DNA of 64,000 nt from Balanoglossus misakiensis (lineage: Eukaryota; Animalia; Hemichordata), in NCBI GenBank assembly GCA_040954595.2, contig CM082591.2, positions 2,083,745 to 2,147,744 on the forward strand, in the 5' to 3' direction. The notes under the pieces are model-generated. The model was not told the DNA's origin. It searched no databases and saw only the letters and a program-made list of their open reading frames with translations. A program made the translations under genes and the position numbers. Position 1 is the stretch's first letter; the number at the start of each line of letters is the position of its first letter. Of the stretch, positions 62,475-64,000 are shown one piece after another.

Positions 62475-63702
62475 CTGTTGGTCACGGGAAGAAAAATATC
62501 AGGAATGAGTATATCCAGTAGTTTCAGGTCCGGAAGCAAGATGGTCGATACATGGATGAAATTCTGAGGCCAGCCCAGAGTTTATGGCTAGAAATGTTTG
62601 AAGTACACGTTGGTTGCATCCAGTCTCTAACACAACAGATTTTCAAGGTTGCACTGACACAGTCATCATTAGGTTGTTTACCTGAGGTCACTATCTAAGC
62701 GTTATCTGTGAACACACCAAAGCTGATAAGATGTTTTTCCCAAAGCAGGTCAGACAATATTTGAAGCAAACATCATCCTAATTAACCAATATTTTTCACC
62801 CCCCTCCCCACCAAAAGAGAAACAAACACCCTATATATAAAGAACAGATGCGACCTTACCATCTGACTAGATTCAACATTTTCCCACCGTTTGAAACACA
62901 GAGCAGTTTTTACGCTGTTGATCGCAAAGCTAGGGGGCCTCACACAGGCTTCGGGCTTCACCTGTTCGTGACCTTAAACGACCTTTCTTATAAAGCACAC
63001 TTATTGATCATCCATCGATCGAAGACACAGCCAATTTGCTCTGTTCTGACTTCGCTCAACAAACGAAAATTGGAGCAAACGATTTCAACTGATTTACGTG
63101 CTGTGTCATTTGAGGAAAGACCGTTACTTCCAACGTAAATCCTATCCGAGTTTGATGATACAAATTAGAATATGCTCCCCGTGCCCAGCTGAATAATTCC
63201 ATGGGTGTGGTCAATGACAGAAAGTAAATACAACACAGTGATAATGTAATCAACTATATATAGCACAACCCCTAACACTAAGAGCTCAAAAGCTTCCATG
63301 ATGTATTTTGCAGAACCTCATCCAACTGTCTGTCACTAGACATCCTTCTTTATTTGTTTAATGTTGCCTAGTGACGCAAAGCTTGTGACAAAAGAAGTAA
63401 TTTTCACTTTCCTGATGAGAGTCAAATTAGGCAATTCTCACATGTATTTTGTGAACAGGGATTTTATAACCTCTACCTTTTACACACCAGTTCACGTAAT
63501 CGCAGTTTCGACTTTCATCACTTCGTGAAAATCACACACACACACACACAAATACGAGATGATTAGACAGGAAAACAGTCCCTATCTGAATTCGGAACAG
63601 AAAAGGCTTGCCTTTCATTGATTTTGTTTGTGCCTGTCAAACTGGATTTCAATCAGAATGTCTTTTCAAAAAAGTCTTAAAAGATTCATGAAATATGGTA
63701 CC

Positions 63703-63840
63703 ATTATATACACATCATACTTGATTTATATTCATATTATGATGCCCAGGTTCTCTAGATGAACATGGCACAATTATATACACATTATGCTCCAGTTTTG
63801 ATATTGACATTATGACGCCTACAGCTCCCTAGATGAGTAT
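63703..63840. repeat. Two-copy ~70-bp tandem duplication
   Basis: ATTATATACACAT...ATTATGA.GCC...CTAGATGA begins at both 63703 and 63773. Confidence 0.75.
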
Positions 63841-64000
63841 TAGGCTGGAGATTAATTGATATTTAAAAGCACTAAAGATGCACCGCTTGAACTATCTCTG
63901 CTTTTTATCAGCTGCGTCCCGAGAGGATATTACATCTAATGTAATGAATTCCAAGAAGCGATGATGATCGTGAACCTGGCCTACTTCTTGTAATTACCAT

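Noticed and set aside
1-64000. tRNA, rRNA or known miRNA genes
   Set aside because: None recognised by eye; tRNAscan-SE and Infernal would be needed to exclude them.

Overview
This is eukaryotic, intron-rich, AT-rich genomic DNA, most likely from a marine invertebrate deuterostome (hemichordate- or echinoderm-like; inferred from gene content and repeat types). Genes in order: the 3' part of an unidentified multi-exon gene (+, 1-2986); GPR19 (-, single coding exon 9558-10739); an intronless melatonin-receptor-like GPCR (+, 35737-36828); LRRIQ1 (+, 39934-48600); NAP1L1/4 (+, 50633-55155); and MOB2 (-, 60445-62474, first coding exon not found). Introns and intergenic DNA hold a 5'-truncated LINE with a target-site duplication, several MITE/foldback families and mini/microsatellites. 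The most interesting candidate is in the ~19 kb leader region of GPR19. Three small minus-strand exons splice in frame onto the acceptor of the GPR19 exon and give an 89-aa upstream ORF, suggesting a bicistronic microprotein + GPCR mRNA. The same locus has a perfect hairpin over the GPR19 start codon that also contains an out-of-frame uAUG, a splice donor 1 nt after the GPR19 stop codon, several RFX X-boxes and a TATA/E2F/CCAAT promoter. All exon structures were inferred by eye from splice consensus and reading frame; no searches were run.
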